From assembly GCA_963793305.1 (NCBI GenBank), contig CAWBZV010000002.1, positions 352,001 through 416,000 on the forward strand: DNA of 64,000 bases, given 5' to 3'. The notes under the pieces are model-generated. The model saw only the letters and a list, made by a program, of their open reading frames with translations. It had not been told where the DNA came from and ran no database searches. Source of the stretch: an uncultured Gemmatimonadales bacterium. Its GTDB lineage: Bacteria; Gemmatimonadota; Gemmatimonadetes; Gemmatimonadales; Gemmatimonadaceae. The position numbers and the translations under genes are program-made. Below are positions 1-11,930 of this stretch, in pieces (position 1 is the stretch's first letter; the number at the start of each line of letters is the position of its first letter).

Positions 1-1
1 G

Positions 2-958
2 ATCGGCAATGTCATCGCGCAATTCAGCGGCTCGACGGTCGAGCAGTCATTGACGTACGATCCCTGGGGCGCGGCGCGGGTCCAACAGACCACCGGCGAT
101 ACGACCCAACTCCGGTGGAAGGGTCTCTTGTACGAGGACGGCGTCACCTCGCTGTATTACATGCGGGCACGGTGGTACGATCCGGTCACCCGGCGGTTCA
201 TTTCTCCGGATCCATTGAATTTGTCCTCCGGCAAGAATCAATTCTCGTTCGCTGGTGGCGATCCGGTGAATGGATCGGACGCGAGCGGCATGGAATGCGC
301 GGATCCCGAGTCTGGCGATGACTGCGGTGGCGGCGGCGGTGGTGGCGACGGGTCGGATGATGGCGGCGGCGCCTCGACCAGTGACGGCGGTGGTGACGAT
401 TCGGGGACCGCGACGGATGACGGTGGGCAGCAAGGGCCCGACGACTCACAAGACGCGTCGCAAGATAATTCGCAGGACAACACGAACGATGCGTGTCACG
501 GGTTCAGCCCCGATCAATGCGCGGCCATACAGACCGCCATTCAAGAGCTGCAGGACACCAACGATCCAACCTGCCAGGCGCTGGGGAATGATGCCGCACA
601 GCGCTGGAACAACAGTTACATCGTATACGGCGGAGCCGTCGCTGTCTCCGGCCCCACAACCGCGGCGGACACCCCGGTTGGCGGCTTGTATCTCGAAGGT
701 GTGTTCTTTCGCGATCCCACGGTGACGCCCAAGACTCTCGTATACAACTATGGTTTCACGGGTAGCACGGACCCGAATGCTGCGATCGACCCGCAACAGA
801 TTTACACTACCGTAGCACACGAAGAAACCCACGCGACTCCGCCATACTACTATGCGCACGGAATGACGGAACCTCCTGCGGATGATCCCTCGAATCTCTC
901 AGAGCGGCAAGCCCAGAAATGCGCGAGTATCTACTCGTCAACCGGTGCGACCTTCTGA
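2..958 (+). CDS. RHS repeat-associated core protein, 3' part (begins upstream of window), with HExxH C-terminal toxin domain
   Basis: Frame open from base 2 (IGNVIAQFSG...TYDPWG); LYYMRARWYDP..RFISPDP..DPVNGSDASG RHS-core signature; Gly/Asp linker; C-terminal TVAHEETH. Confidence 0.9.
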   Translation: MGNVIAQFSGSTVEQSLTYDPWGAARVQQTTGDTTQLRWKGLLYEDGVTSLYYMRARWYDPVTRRFISPDPLNLSSGKNQFSFAGGDPVNGSDASGMECADPESGDDCGGGGGGGDGSDDGGGASTSDGGGDDSGTATDDGGQQGPDDSQDASQDNSQDNTNDACHGFSPDQCAAIQTAIQELQDTNDPTCQALGNDAAQRWNNSYIVYGGAVAVSGPTTAADTPVGGLYLEGVFFRDPTVTPKTLVYNYGFTGSTDPNAAIDPQQIYTTVAHEETHATPPYYYAHGMTEPPADDPSNLSERQAQKCASIYSSTGATF

Positions 959-959
959 C

Positions 960-1866
960 ATGTGGACCGCGATAGCATTGAGCGTCATGCTCAGCGTGCC
1001 GGGCCTCGCACAGGTTCCGGCCGGTTCGCGCGACAGCATCTCGATCAGCATCGAGATGCAACGGGACATGCGCGCGCTGGCCGGCAGCGCGGACAGCCTG
1101 GTCTGCGAAGGACCTTCAGAACAGGCTGGGGCGGGCGGGCGAATCTGCACCAAGCCCGGTCGCAACAGCGTGCTGGCCGTCGTGCGTTCGGATCGGGAGT
1201 TCGCGTTCGTGACCCGATGGCTCGAGTTGAAGAGTGAGACAGAAGTACCAGCGACCGATTCGACGCTGGCCTTGCTCGAGGTCGCCTACGGATCCCCGAC
1301 GATGTGCGCGCGCGACGCGTTCCGATTTCCGGCGTATCCGCAACACTACCTCTGGCATTCGGGGCGACTTCACGATTCAACTGGTGAGCACGGCGCCGTC
1401 GAGTCCCCGGCACCCGATCCTGTCGGTACAAATCGCGCGGGGACCGCTGTCGTGCTCAGACTGGGCTCGACCTCCGACGCGGCACGGTATCCAGTACGTG
1501 GACGTTGACACCATGAAGGCGGTCGGTCGGCAGCTCGAGAGTTGGGCAGCGCGAGCAGGGACCCGGGTGGGAGATACGGCATGGGAGGCGGCCGGCGCCG
1601 CGGGTCATTGGGTCGTCGCCCGCCGTGTGACTGTACCCGGTTCACGGCTCGTCGGCGTGTCGGATTCCACCGAGTCGGCGCTCGATCGCCGGTTAGGAGT
1701 TGGTGGCGACTGTTTCCCGGATCCATACCGACGCGTACCTCCGCGGTTGTATCGCCAGTGGAACTTCGGTGACTACACGATTCGACTCCAGCGCGACACC
1801 GTGCATCCGGCGATCGTCGAGCAGATCATTGACGGCCCACAGCCGTGCGGGTCATCCGAGCCATGA
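960..1866 (+). CDS. Exported hypothetical protein with internal duplication, candidate immunity protein (frameshift at 1361-1364)
   Basis: ATG 1 nt after the RHS stop; signal peptide MWTAIALSVMLSVPGLAQ; removing one G from GGGG joins the 882 and 1234 frames. Confidence 0.6.
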
Positions 1867-2420
1867 GGTGGCGTTCCGTGTTGACGTGCGCGTGCGTCAC
1901 GGTCACTGTGCCGGCGTTCGCGCAAGAAGCCGTTCGGTGGGACCTTCCGGCGTCAGTATCAGGATATCGGCGCGCGGACCAAGCGTCCGACGCGACGATG
2001 GCGGGCGCCATCGGCGCGCGATACGGAAAGCGTCGGGGACCCTTGATCCATGTCCAGATTATTCCCGATACACTAAGCGCCGACGTAGCCGATCACGCCG
2101 GCGCCGAGATACGATCCGAAATCCAAGCGCTCGACGCCGGCAAGCGGCTTGGCGCGATCACCGACTATCGGATCGCCGTGCTCGACCATGACGACATCAG
2201 CACCGCATCGGGTCGAGTACGCGGCTATGCCCTCGTGGCGCCCACGAAGCGCGCGACTACGGTCGTCGTTTCGCTCGTACTGGTGTACGTGTTGCGAGCA
2301 TCTCTCGTGCGTGTCCAGAGCGAGGTGCCGCTGTCGGAGTGGCGAAAGACTGACATTCCGGTCTTTGCCCATGCGCTGGTTGCGCTCCTGGCGACCCACG
2401 TTCGACAGGCCCGCGCATGA
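1863..2420 (+). CDS. Exported hypothetical protein, possible second immunity protein
   Basis: ATGA overlap with upstream stop; signal peptide MRWRSVLTCACVTVTVPAFAQ. Confidence 0.65.
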   Translation: MRWRSVLTCACVTVTVPAFAQEAVRWDLPASVSGYRRADQASDATMAGAIGARYGKRRGPLIHVQIIPDTLSADVADHAGAEIRSEIQALDAGKRLGAITDYRIAVLDHDDISTASGRVRGYALVAPTKRATTVVVSLVLVYVLRASLVRVQSEVPLSEWRKTDIPVFAHALVALLATHVRQARA

Positions 2421-2429
2421 GCGAAGGTC

Positions 2430-2918
2430 TCACATGCTATAGCTCGGCGCCTGCGCCACAGCGACGACGAAATTGATCCACATGCCGCTCGGCGCGTGAC
2501 CGGGGACGCCGCAGGCGATCAGATACTTTCCGGGCGTGGTGGGCGCCACGAAATTCATCGTGTCCTCGCCGTTCTGCGCCGGGAGCCCATTGGTCAGGTG
2601 GGCGGTGTAGGCGCGCTCGATCGCCGGCTTGTCGGGCGCATTCGGAATGGGACGTGTGTCGGCGATGATGATCGCGGAGTGCGGGATCGCGTCCTTGTTG
2701 ACGACGTTGATGTTGACGTTCCACCCGGTCGGCACCGTGATCGTCTGACTGCCGGCCGAGCCGCCGTTGAAGTTGAACCCGCCCTGCACGCTGTTGAACG
2801 CGGCGAACACCTTGAGATTCACGGTCTTCGTGCCCGCGTTGTACGACATGAACTGATTGACCTTGGTGTCGGGCGCGCCGAGCGCCAGGAGGGCAACGAG
2901 CAGAGCGAGTGCACGCAT
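2430..2918 (-). CDS. Sulfocyanin-like blue copper protein
   Basis: Signal peptide; FNFNG motif; type-1 Cu ligands PHS...CGVPGHAPSGM. Confidence 0.85.
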   Translation of the reverse strand: MRALALLVALLALGAPDTKVNQFMSYNAGTKTVNLKVFAAFNSVQGGFNFNGGSAGSQTITVPTGWNVNINVVNKDAIPHSAIIIADTRPIPNAPDKPAIERAYTAHLTNGLPAQNGEDTMNFVAPTTPGKYLIACGVPGHAPSGMWINFVVAVAQAPSYSM

Positions 2919-2923
2919 GTGGG

Positions 2924-4522
<1,599 letters not shown>

Positions 4523-4559
4523 TTCGATCCTCTATCAGGCATAGACCTCAAATCTAATA

Positions 4560-7500
4560 TCAGACCGCCAAGTGGTCCCCTGGCCGCGCCGCGGCCTCAT
4601 AGAGTACCGGCATGAGGTATACCGAGATCAACAGCCGGGAAAATAGGCCGCCAACGATAACGAGAGCGAAGGGCCGCTGCGAGTCCGTCCCGATACCATG
4701 CGCCAGCGCTGCCGGGAGCAGCCCCAGTGCCGCGACGAGCGCGGTCATCATGATCGGCCGGAGCCGGAGCAGCGCGGCCTGCCGGGCGGCCTCCGGGATA
4801 TCCATGCCCCCCAGACGCAGCTCATTCGCGTACGAAATGTATACAACGGCGGTCTGCACGGAGACGCCGAACAGCGCCAGGAATCCAATGCCCGACGACA
4901 CGGAGAATGGCGTCCCGGTGATCGCCAGCGCCAGCACGCCACCGATGGGATCGGACAGCACGACACCGAGCAATGTGATCAACGGGAACTTGAAGTTGCG
5001 ATAGAGCGCGAACAGCACCGCGATAATAAGAATAAACGTGACGGGCAACACGATCTGCAGCTGCGCCCGCGACGCCGTGTACTCCCGGTATTCACCACCC
5101 CACACGACGTTATAGCCTGACGGCAGGCTGACGTGCTTCGCCACGCGCTGCTGCGCCTCCTCGACGGCGCTCGCCAGATCGCGTCCTTCGACGGAGTACT
5201 GCACGCCGATGTAGCGCGCGTTGTTCTCCCGGTAGATGAATGCCGCGCCGTTCGACACCTGGATATTCGCCAGCTCGCGAATCGGAATCTGCTCGCCCGC
5301 CGGCGTGGCCACGAGGATGTTGCCGATCGCCTCGGGTGTCTCGCGATACTGCGGTGAGAGGCGCACCACGAGATCGAACAGCTTCTCGCCCTGCACGACC
5401 TGCGTGGCCGCACTGCCACCGACCGCGGCCTCGATCAGTCCATTGATATCCGCGACGTTGACACCGTAGCGCGCGATCTTGTCGCGGTCGATATCGACCG
5501 TCAACGCCGGTTGGCCGAGCTCCTGCACGAGCGTCAGATCCGTGATGCCGCGCACCTGCTCCATCTCTTTCTTGATCGCCCGACCCTGCGTTTCGAGTGT
5601 CGTCAGATCGGTCCCGAACACTTTGACGTCCAGAGAGCTCTTGAGCCCCGTCTCAGCCTCATCCACCGCATCCTCGGCGGGCTGCGTGTAGTTGAACGTG
5701 ATGCCGGGAAACGCCGAGAGTTTCTTATTGACGGCCGCGATGAACTCCGGCTTCGTCCGATACGCCCCGTGCCATGTCCCATACGGCGTCAGGCCAACGT
5801 AAAACTCGGCGTTGAAAAATCCCGTTGGGTCCGTCCCGTCATCCGGTCGCCCATGTTCGCAAGCGACAAAGGTGACTTCAGGAAACGATCTCAGGACCGC
5901 CCGGATCTGGGGCACCAGTCGCGACGACTCGTCGAACGAGATCGTATACGGCATCGTCGCCCGCACCCACAACGCTCCTTCGTCCAGCTTCGGCATGAAC
6001 TCGGCGCCAAGGCCGAGCCACAGGGGAATGGTCAACAGAAAGACCAGCACCGACGTGCCGATCGTGATGGCTTTGTGTTGCAGACACCAACCAAGGCCAC
6101 GGTTGTAATGCTTCAGGATCCACTCGAAGACCGGATTCTTGCGATCGCGCACGCCACGTCCCAAGAAGAGCAGGCAGAGTAGCGGAATCAATGTGAGCGT
6201 GACGATCAGCGCGCCGATCAACGCATAGATCGTGGTATCAGCCATCGGGGTGAACAGTCGACCGGAAGGGCCGGACAAGACATAGATCGGCAAGAACCCG
6301 GTGACGATGACCGCCACGGCGTACACGATGGGTCGATCGACTTGGGCGGCGGCGCCGATGATGACCTCGCGCGCGTTGTACGATGTCCCATGCCGCTGCG
6401 CCAACTCTCGATGGATATTCTCCACCATGACCACGGTCGCGTCGACGAGGATGCCGAAGTCGATCGCGCCGATCGAGAGCAGATTCGCCGGAATGTGTCG
6501 CAGATCGAGGCAGATGAACGCGAACAGCAGCGACAGTGGGATCGTGACCGCGACGATGAGCCCGGACCGCACGCTGTAGAGGAAGAATACGAGCACGACG
6601 ACGACGAGCACGATGCCGCGCAGCAGATTGTCCTCGACGATCCGCGTCGTGAAATGAATCAGATCGCTCCGATCGTAGAACGGCTCGATGTGCACGTCGT
6701 GCGGGAGCGTGCGATTGAGCTCGGCGGTCTTCGCCTCGACCGCCTTGAGCACGGTCTGCGCCTGCTCCCCCGTGCGCATCAGCACGACGCCTTCGACCGC
6801 GTCGTTCACCGTGTCGTAGCTGAACTGCCCGAGCCTGGGCGCGTATCCGATGACCACCTGCGCCACGTTCTTCACGAGCACGGGAATCCCGTCCTTCACC
6901 GCGAGGACGATGTTCCCGATGTCCTGGGGCGTCACCACGCGGCCCAGTCCGCGCACGTAGTAGAAGCTGCCGCCTTCGGAATAGAAACCGCCGCCCGAAT
7001 TGTCGTTGTTCGCCGAGAGCGCATTGGCCACGATCGGAACGGTCAGGCCGGCGCCGGCGAGCTTCGTCGGGTCGATGACGACCTGATATTGCATGGTCGG
7101 CCCGCCCAGCGGGGACAGGTCGGCGACGCCAGGCACGGACTTGTACGCCTTCACGATGTCCCAGTCGTCGATCGTCTTGAGCTGCATGGGCGACCGGTCC
7201 GGGCTCTCCAGCACGTACCGATACACGAGCCCGGACGGAGCGGACAGCGGCGACATCGACGGCGAGACGCCGCTCGGCAGCGTCGCGTCTCCGATGCGCT
7301 CGAAGGCCTGCTCGCGCGCGAAATAGTTGTCGGTCCCATCGTCGAACGTCATGATGACGTTCCGAGAGCCCATAGAGCGAGATCGACCGCACGATCTTGA
7401 GGTGCGGGATCCCATTCATCGCCACTTCGACCGGCACCGTGATCAGCCGCTCGACTTCCTCCGTCGCGCGTCCCGGCCACTGCGTGATGATCTCGACCAT

Positions 7501-7635
7501 GGGCGGCGAGAGGTCGGGATACGCGTCCACGGGCAGGCGCGTGAACGACCACACGCCAACCCCGGCCAGGGCGGCGAAGATGATGAGCGTGAGCAGCGGT
7601 TCGGCGAGCGCGGCGCGGACGAGCCGATTGATCAT
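4560..7635 (-). CDS. CusA/CzcA family heavy-metal efflux RND transporter (frameshift at ~7360)
   Basis: N-terminus LPVDAYPDLS..EEVERLITVPVE in the 7635 frame; GAIDFGILVD, EFMPKLDEG, RLRPIMMTA in the 7415 frame. Confidence 0.92.
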
Positions 7636-8783
7636 TATTGACTCTGGGCAAACTGGATGAACAACCCGCCTTCCGTCACGACCTGATCGTTCGGCGCGAG
7701 CCCGCTCAGGATCTCATACTGATCGCCCACCCTGGCACCCAGCGTAATCGAGCGTCGATTGAAGCCACCGTCAGGCTCGGCGACAAAGACGAAGGGGAGG
7801 TTCTCTTCGTCGCGCAGCACGGCCGATACCGGAACCAGCACGCCCGCCCTCGGTCGGTCGGCATGGATCGCGACGCGCACATAGAGATCGCGCTTGAGCA
7901 TCTGCCGATGATTCTCGACGAGGATGCGAACCGCCGTCGCGCGGGTCGACGTATCGACGATCGCGGCGACGTAGTCCACGCGTCCTGGGAACGAGTCCGT
8001 TGACGCGTCGGTCGTGATCACCGCGGACTCGCCGCGATCGACGGAGCTCAGCTGCGATTCGAATACGTTCGCCATCACCCAGACCGTCGAGAGATCGGCG
8101 ATCGTGAAGCACTGCGTCTGGCCGGCCTGAATCACCTGCCCGGGATTGATGAGCTTCTCGACGACGACGCCCTCGATGGGCGCGCGAATGATGCCGCCGA
8201 CGACCGCGGTCGGCTTCCCCTCCTGGATGTCGCGGATCGTCGTGCTGTCGACACCGAACGCGCGCATCTGCTCGATCGCCGCGTCCCGATCGGCCGCGGC
8301 CGACGCCGAGTCGGCGATGGATTGATCGAGGTCGCTCTTCGCGATCGCGCCCGCATCAAACAACTTGCGGTTGAGGGTCGCGATACGGGCCGTGTTCCGC
8401 AGCGCCGTCTGGGCCTTCTGGTACGTGGCGAACCCCTCGGCGAAATCAGGCGAGGTCACACTGGCCAACGGCGTCCCGACGTGCACGTACGTCCCGGTGT
8501 TGACCAGGATACGCGTCACCGGCCCCGAGATCTGCGACAGCACCGGCGTCGACCGGTCACCATTGAAGGCGACGGTTCCGGTCGTGATCACGGTGGGCCG
8601 GAACGTCGTTGGCGCGACCGGTAGTGTGTGAATACGCGCCTTTTGGTCCTCGGTCAGCATGAACGCCGAGGAGGGTTTCTTGGGCGTCGTTGTCGCGGCG
8701 TCCGCCGGCGGCGATCCTTTGCACGCCGTCACGGCCAGGACGGCGAGCAGCGCGAGATGTCTCGCGAGATGTCTATTGTCCAT
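7635..8783 (-). CDS. RND efflux periplasmic adaptor (membrane fusion lipoprotein)
   Basis: Lipobox-like AVTAC; IRAPIEGVV, IADLSTVWV; lies between TolC and RND genes. Confidence 0.9.
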   Translation of the reverse strand: MDNRHLARHLALLAVLAVTACKGSPPADAATTTPKKPSSAFMLTEDQKARIHTLPVAPTTFRPTVITTGTVAFNGDRSTPVLSQISGPVTRILVNTGTYVHVGTPLASVTSPDFAEGFATYQKAQTALRNTARIATLNRKLFDAGAIAKSDLDQSIADSASAAADRDAAIEQMRAFGVDSTTIRDIQEGKPTAVVGGIIRAPIEGVVVEKLINPGQVIQAGQTQCFTIADLSTVWVMANVFESQLSSVDRGESAVITTDASTDSFPGRVDYVAAIVDTSTRATAVRILVENHRQMLKRDLYVRVAIHADRPRAGVLVPVSAVLRDEENLPFVFVAEPDGGFNRRSITLGARVGDQYEILSGLAPNDQVVTEGGLFIQFAQSQ

Positions 8784-10050
8784 GGAATTGAGAGAGAGGG
8801 GCGGCCGCCGCGCGTTCCAGGTTCGCTTCTGCTTGGTTCGCCGCGGCTAACGCGTCAGTGTATTGGCTCTCGGCGGACACGAGATCGCGCCGCGCATCGA
8901 GGACGTTGAGTGCGGATGACCCGCCGAGCCCGTAGCTCGTGGACGCCACCTGGTAGGCGGCGCGCGCCGACGGAAGCAGTTGATCCCGGATATAGATGGC
9001 TTGCTCGAGGGCCGTCGCGGCCGTCGCGTACGACAACCGGACGTCCTGGTCGATCGAGGCGATGAGATCTTTGTACGACGCTTCGAGCTCGCGCTCGTGG
9101 TGGCGCGAATTGCGAATGTCACCGCCCGTGTGCTGCCAGAAGAAGATCGGGACGGGAAACGAGAGCCCGTAGGTCCAAATCGGGAATCGGCTCGGAAACG
9201 CCGCGTCCGGGGCGCCTTGGTCCCACTCGATGCCGCCGACAATGTCCGGCAGCCAAAACTCCTCGGCGAGCGTGGTGGTGGCCTTCGCGCCGGAGATCTG
9301 CGCGCGGAGGCCGGCCAACTCCGGCCGCGCGTCGAGCGCGCTGGCTTCGACCGGCGCGAGCGGCGGCAGCGGCGCGGGCACCGCGAGCGAGTCCGCCGGC
9401 GCAACCCCCAGACCGAGTGGCCGGCCCAGCAATCGGTTGAGCGATGCGCGGGCCGTGAGAATATCGCGGTCGTTGGCGATGAGGGCGTTCTGCGTGCCGG
9501 CCAGGTCGACCTGGGCCCGAATCACGTCGAGCTTCGGAGCCGTGCCCGCGTCGAATCGGGCTTGGGTCTTCTTCAGGAAATCGGCCGACAGATCGCGCGA
9601 TTCCGTGAGGTCCGTATGATGGCGGAGCGCGACGCGCAGCGAGTCGTACGTCTGCGCGGTCTGGGACGCAATCTGCTGCTTGAGCGCCGTGTAGTTCGCC
9701 TGCGCGGTCCCCACGAGCGAGCTGCCGATCGCGTAGTTCAGGCGGAACTTGTCCGGAAACGGAATGCCGATGCTCGCGATGAGTGGCCGCTGCGTGGGCT
9801 GACCGCCCTGCACGATCCAGCTGGCCGAGCCCGTCGGGTCCGGAATCGCCCACTGCGAGACTTTCTGCGCGCGCGCTTCGTCGACTTGCTCGCGTGCGAC
9901 GACGATCTGCGGATTCCGCTTGAGCGCCGTGTCGACCGCTTGGGCGCGCGTCAGCCGCAGTGTGTCTGTCTTACTCGTGTCCGTGAATTGCGCCGATGCG
10001 GTCCGCGCGATGAGCGCAAGGCCGCACCACAACCAAAGTGTCCGTGCCAA
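8773..10050 (-). CDS. TolC/CzcC family outer-membrane efflux protein
   Basis: AVDTALKRNPQI, RFDAGTAPKLDVIRAQ, LNVLDARR; TTG at 10050 chosen for upstream GGGGA and signal peptide (ORF is open to 10158). Confidence 0.88.
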   Translation of the reverse strand: MARTLWLWCGLALIARTASAQFTDTSKTDTLRLTRAQAVDTALKRNPQIVVAREQVDEARAQKVSQWAIPDPTGSASWIVQGGQPTQRPLIASIGIPFPDKFRLNYAIGSSLVGTAQANYTALKQQIASQTAQTYDSLRVALRHHTDLTESRDLSADFLKKTQARFDAGTAPKLDVIRAQVDLAGTQNALIANDRDILTARASLNRLLGRPLGLGVAPADSLAVPAPLPPLAPVEASALDARPELAGLRAQISGAKATTTLAEEFWLPDIVGGIEWDQGAPDAAFPSRFPIWTYGLSFPVPIFFWQHTGGDIRNSRHHERELEASYKDLIASIDQDVRLSYATAATALEQAIYIRDQLLPSARAAYQVASTSYGLGGSSALNVLDARRDLVSAESQYTDALAAANQAEANLERAAAAPLSQFHGQ

Positions 10051-10059
10051 TGGTCCCCC

Positions 10060-10138
10060 GAATGACGGTTTGCGGAGCTCGGCGCAGCCGAGATCATTCC
10101 AACCGACCCGTCGAGCGGCGTAGTGTGCCGCATCGACG
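10060..10138 (-). promoter_or_regulatory. Structured intercistronic RNA between leader ORF and tolC
   Basis: Stem CGTCGA-GCGGC/GCCGC-A-TCGACG (10109-10138); stem GAATGA/TCATTC (10060-10099) enclosing CTCGGC/GCCGAG and abutting the putative RBS. Confidence 0.55.
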
Positions 10139-10164
10139 AGCGGCGGAGCCGCGTTCAAATCCTG

Positions 10165-10476
10165 TCAGACGGGCGGGGCGCGTGAGGTGTAGGTGGGAGC
10201 CGCGACGGTCGGAACCGACCACATCGCGGTGGCGCTGGGAAGAACGATCAGCCGCCGACTGGGCGGCAGCACGGAGGCGCGTTCCGGACGCGCGTGCAGC
10301 GACTGCACGATGCACGCGGGACACGTCGCTTCGTCGTGCGCGTGATGCAACTGCGTGCCGCGCGTCTCGACGTGCGCCGACGCGTCGGGCCCCCGCCACG
10401 ATTCGATCGTGCCGGCGAGTACCATCACCAGTTGGCCGAGCCCGGCCAAAAGAGCGAGGAGTCTCACGCGTCTCAT
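10165..10476 (-). CDS. DUF2946-like (CruR/CutF-type) leader ORF with His/CxxC and C-terminal RAPP motif
   Basis: N-terminal hydrophobic helix; HHAHDEATCPAC; ends PTYTSRAPPV*. Confidence 0.8.
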   Translation of the reverse strand: MRRVRLLALLAGLGQLVMVLAGTIESWRGPDASAHVETRGTQLHHAHDEATCPACIVQSLHARPERASVLPPSRRLIVLPSATAMWSVPTVAAPTYTSRAPPV

Positions 10477-10515
10477 ACCCACCTTACGCTATTGATGACG
10501 ACACGTTGGCGCCAG

Positions 10516-10734
10516 TTACGCCTCGAAATCGCCCGGTCGTCCTCGAACAACCTGACCGCATCTGGGGCAAAAGAGATCGCCGTCGTCCGCCATAGCATAG
10601 TCGAACGGCCGCCCACAGGCGCAGCGATCGCGTAACCCGTCATTGCCGCACAGGAGGCAAAATCGGTCGTCGGACTCGTAGACGCGGAACCGGCCGCAGG
10701 CCTCGCACCGCTTCGTCACCCGCGGCGCAGTCAT
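10516..10734 (-). CDS. Small double zinc-ribbon protein
   Basis: CEAC, CLLC, CAC, CPRC; overlaps the envC stop by 4 nt. Confidence 0.75.
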   Translation of the reverse strand: MTAPRVTKRCEACGRFRVYESDDRFCLLCGNDGLRDRCACGRPFDYAMADDGDLFCPRCGQVVRGRPGDFEA

Positions 10735-11930
10735 TTGGATTTTCCGCCCCGAAGCCAGTCGAGCGGGTCGACGGCGGCACCCTGGCCGCGCCGGATCTCG
10801 AAATGCAGATGCGAGGGGAGATCCGGGTCCGAACGGCCCACCGCTCCGATCTGGTCGCCCTTCTCGACCCGCTGGCCCTTCTTGACATCGGCACGGCTCA
10901 ACGAGCCATACACGGAGTAGTCGCCGCCGCCGTGCTGCACGATCACCGTCAAGCCGTACGTGCCGATCACCTGGGCGACGACCACTTTCCCCCCGGCTAC
11001 CGCCCGCACCGTCGCTCCGGCGTTGGCGCCGATCCCTATCCCGTTCCAGCGCGTCGTGGTGTTATTGGGATTCACGACGCGGCCGAATCGGTATAAAATG
11101 CGACCCTCCACGGGCCAATCGAGCCTCCCCAAATCCCGTGTCGAGATCGTGCTCGCGGAGGCCGCGGCCTTGGATGAGGCACTCGACCCACGACTCGCCT
11201 CGGCTTTTCGGAGCGCTTCAATCGAAGAGATCACCGAGCCCAGTCGGGCCTCAGACTTCGCGATCTCGGCCAGTCGGGCCTCGGTCTCGGACGCCGCCCG
11301 CTTTGTCGCGGCGAGACGGCTCGCGCGCTCGGACTCGAGATCGCGCAGTCTTGCTTCTTCGTTGGCCTTCTCGCCGCGGGTCTCCTCGACCGTCTTCTGG
11401 AGCGAGACCAGTGAGAGACGCTGCGTCCCGATGCGACCCCTGAGCGTCTCGACCCGCGCGACGAGCGCCCGGTCGCGCAGCGCCAGCAGGTGCAAATATT
11501 TGTACCGCGCGATGAGCTGCGCGAACGATTCGGCCTGAAAGAGCACTTGGGTCGTATACTGCGGACCCTGCTTGTAGATCTCGACCAGCCGATGCCGGAG
11601 CATGGCGCGCTTGATCGCCAGCTCATCCTCAGCCCGTACGAGATTGCCCGTGACCTCCTCGACATCCGCCTGGATGCCGGCGAGCTGTTTGTCGAGCGCC
11701 CGCACCGCGCGCGCGGTCACGGACGCCTGCCGGTCCAGGTTCTCGACCTCGTCCGCCAGGTCGTGCACGGTGCTTTTGAGCTCGTTCATGCGCCGCTCGA
11801 GATCGGCGCGCTCCTCGTGGAGCGAGTCGAGCACGGCGCGGTCCGCGCGAAGTCGTTGTTCCGGTGTCGGCTGCTGAGCCGCCGCCACGCTCGATACGAG
11901 CATCAGCGCTCCGGCGGCCAGGCGACGCAT
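10731..11930 (-). CDS. envC: Murein hydrolase activator EnvC / M23 peptidase family
   Basis: Signal peptide, coiled coil, LDWPVEG...HLHFEIR; follows ftsEX. Confidence 0.88.
   Translation of the reverse strand: MRRLAAGALMLVSSVAAAQQPTPEQRLRADRAVLDSLHEERADLERRMNELKSTVHDLADEVENLDRQASVTARAVRALDKQLAGIQADVEEVTGNLVRAEDELAIKRAMLRHRLVEIYKQGPQYTTQVLFQAESFAQLIARYKYLHLLALRDRALVARVETLRGRIGTQRLSLVSLQKTVEETRGEKANEEARLRDLESERASRLAATKRAASETEARLAEIAKSEARLGSVISSIEALRKAEASRGSSASSKAAASASTISTRDLGRLDWPVEGRILYRFGRVVNPNNTTTRWNGIGIGANAGATVRAVAGGKVVVAQVIGTYGLTVIVQHGGGDYSVYGSLSRADVKKGQRVEKGDQIGAVGRSDPDLPSHLHFEIRRGQGAAVDPLDWLRGGKSK

Noticed and set aside
10051..10164. NiCo (czcD) riboswitch upstream of the efflux operon
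   Set aside because: I could not match the conserved four-way-junction sequence; the hairpins are better explained by the RAPP leader. An Rfam scan would settle it
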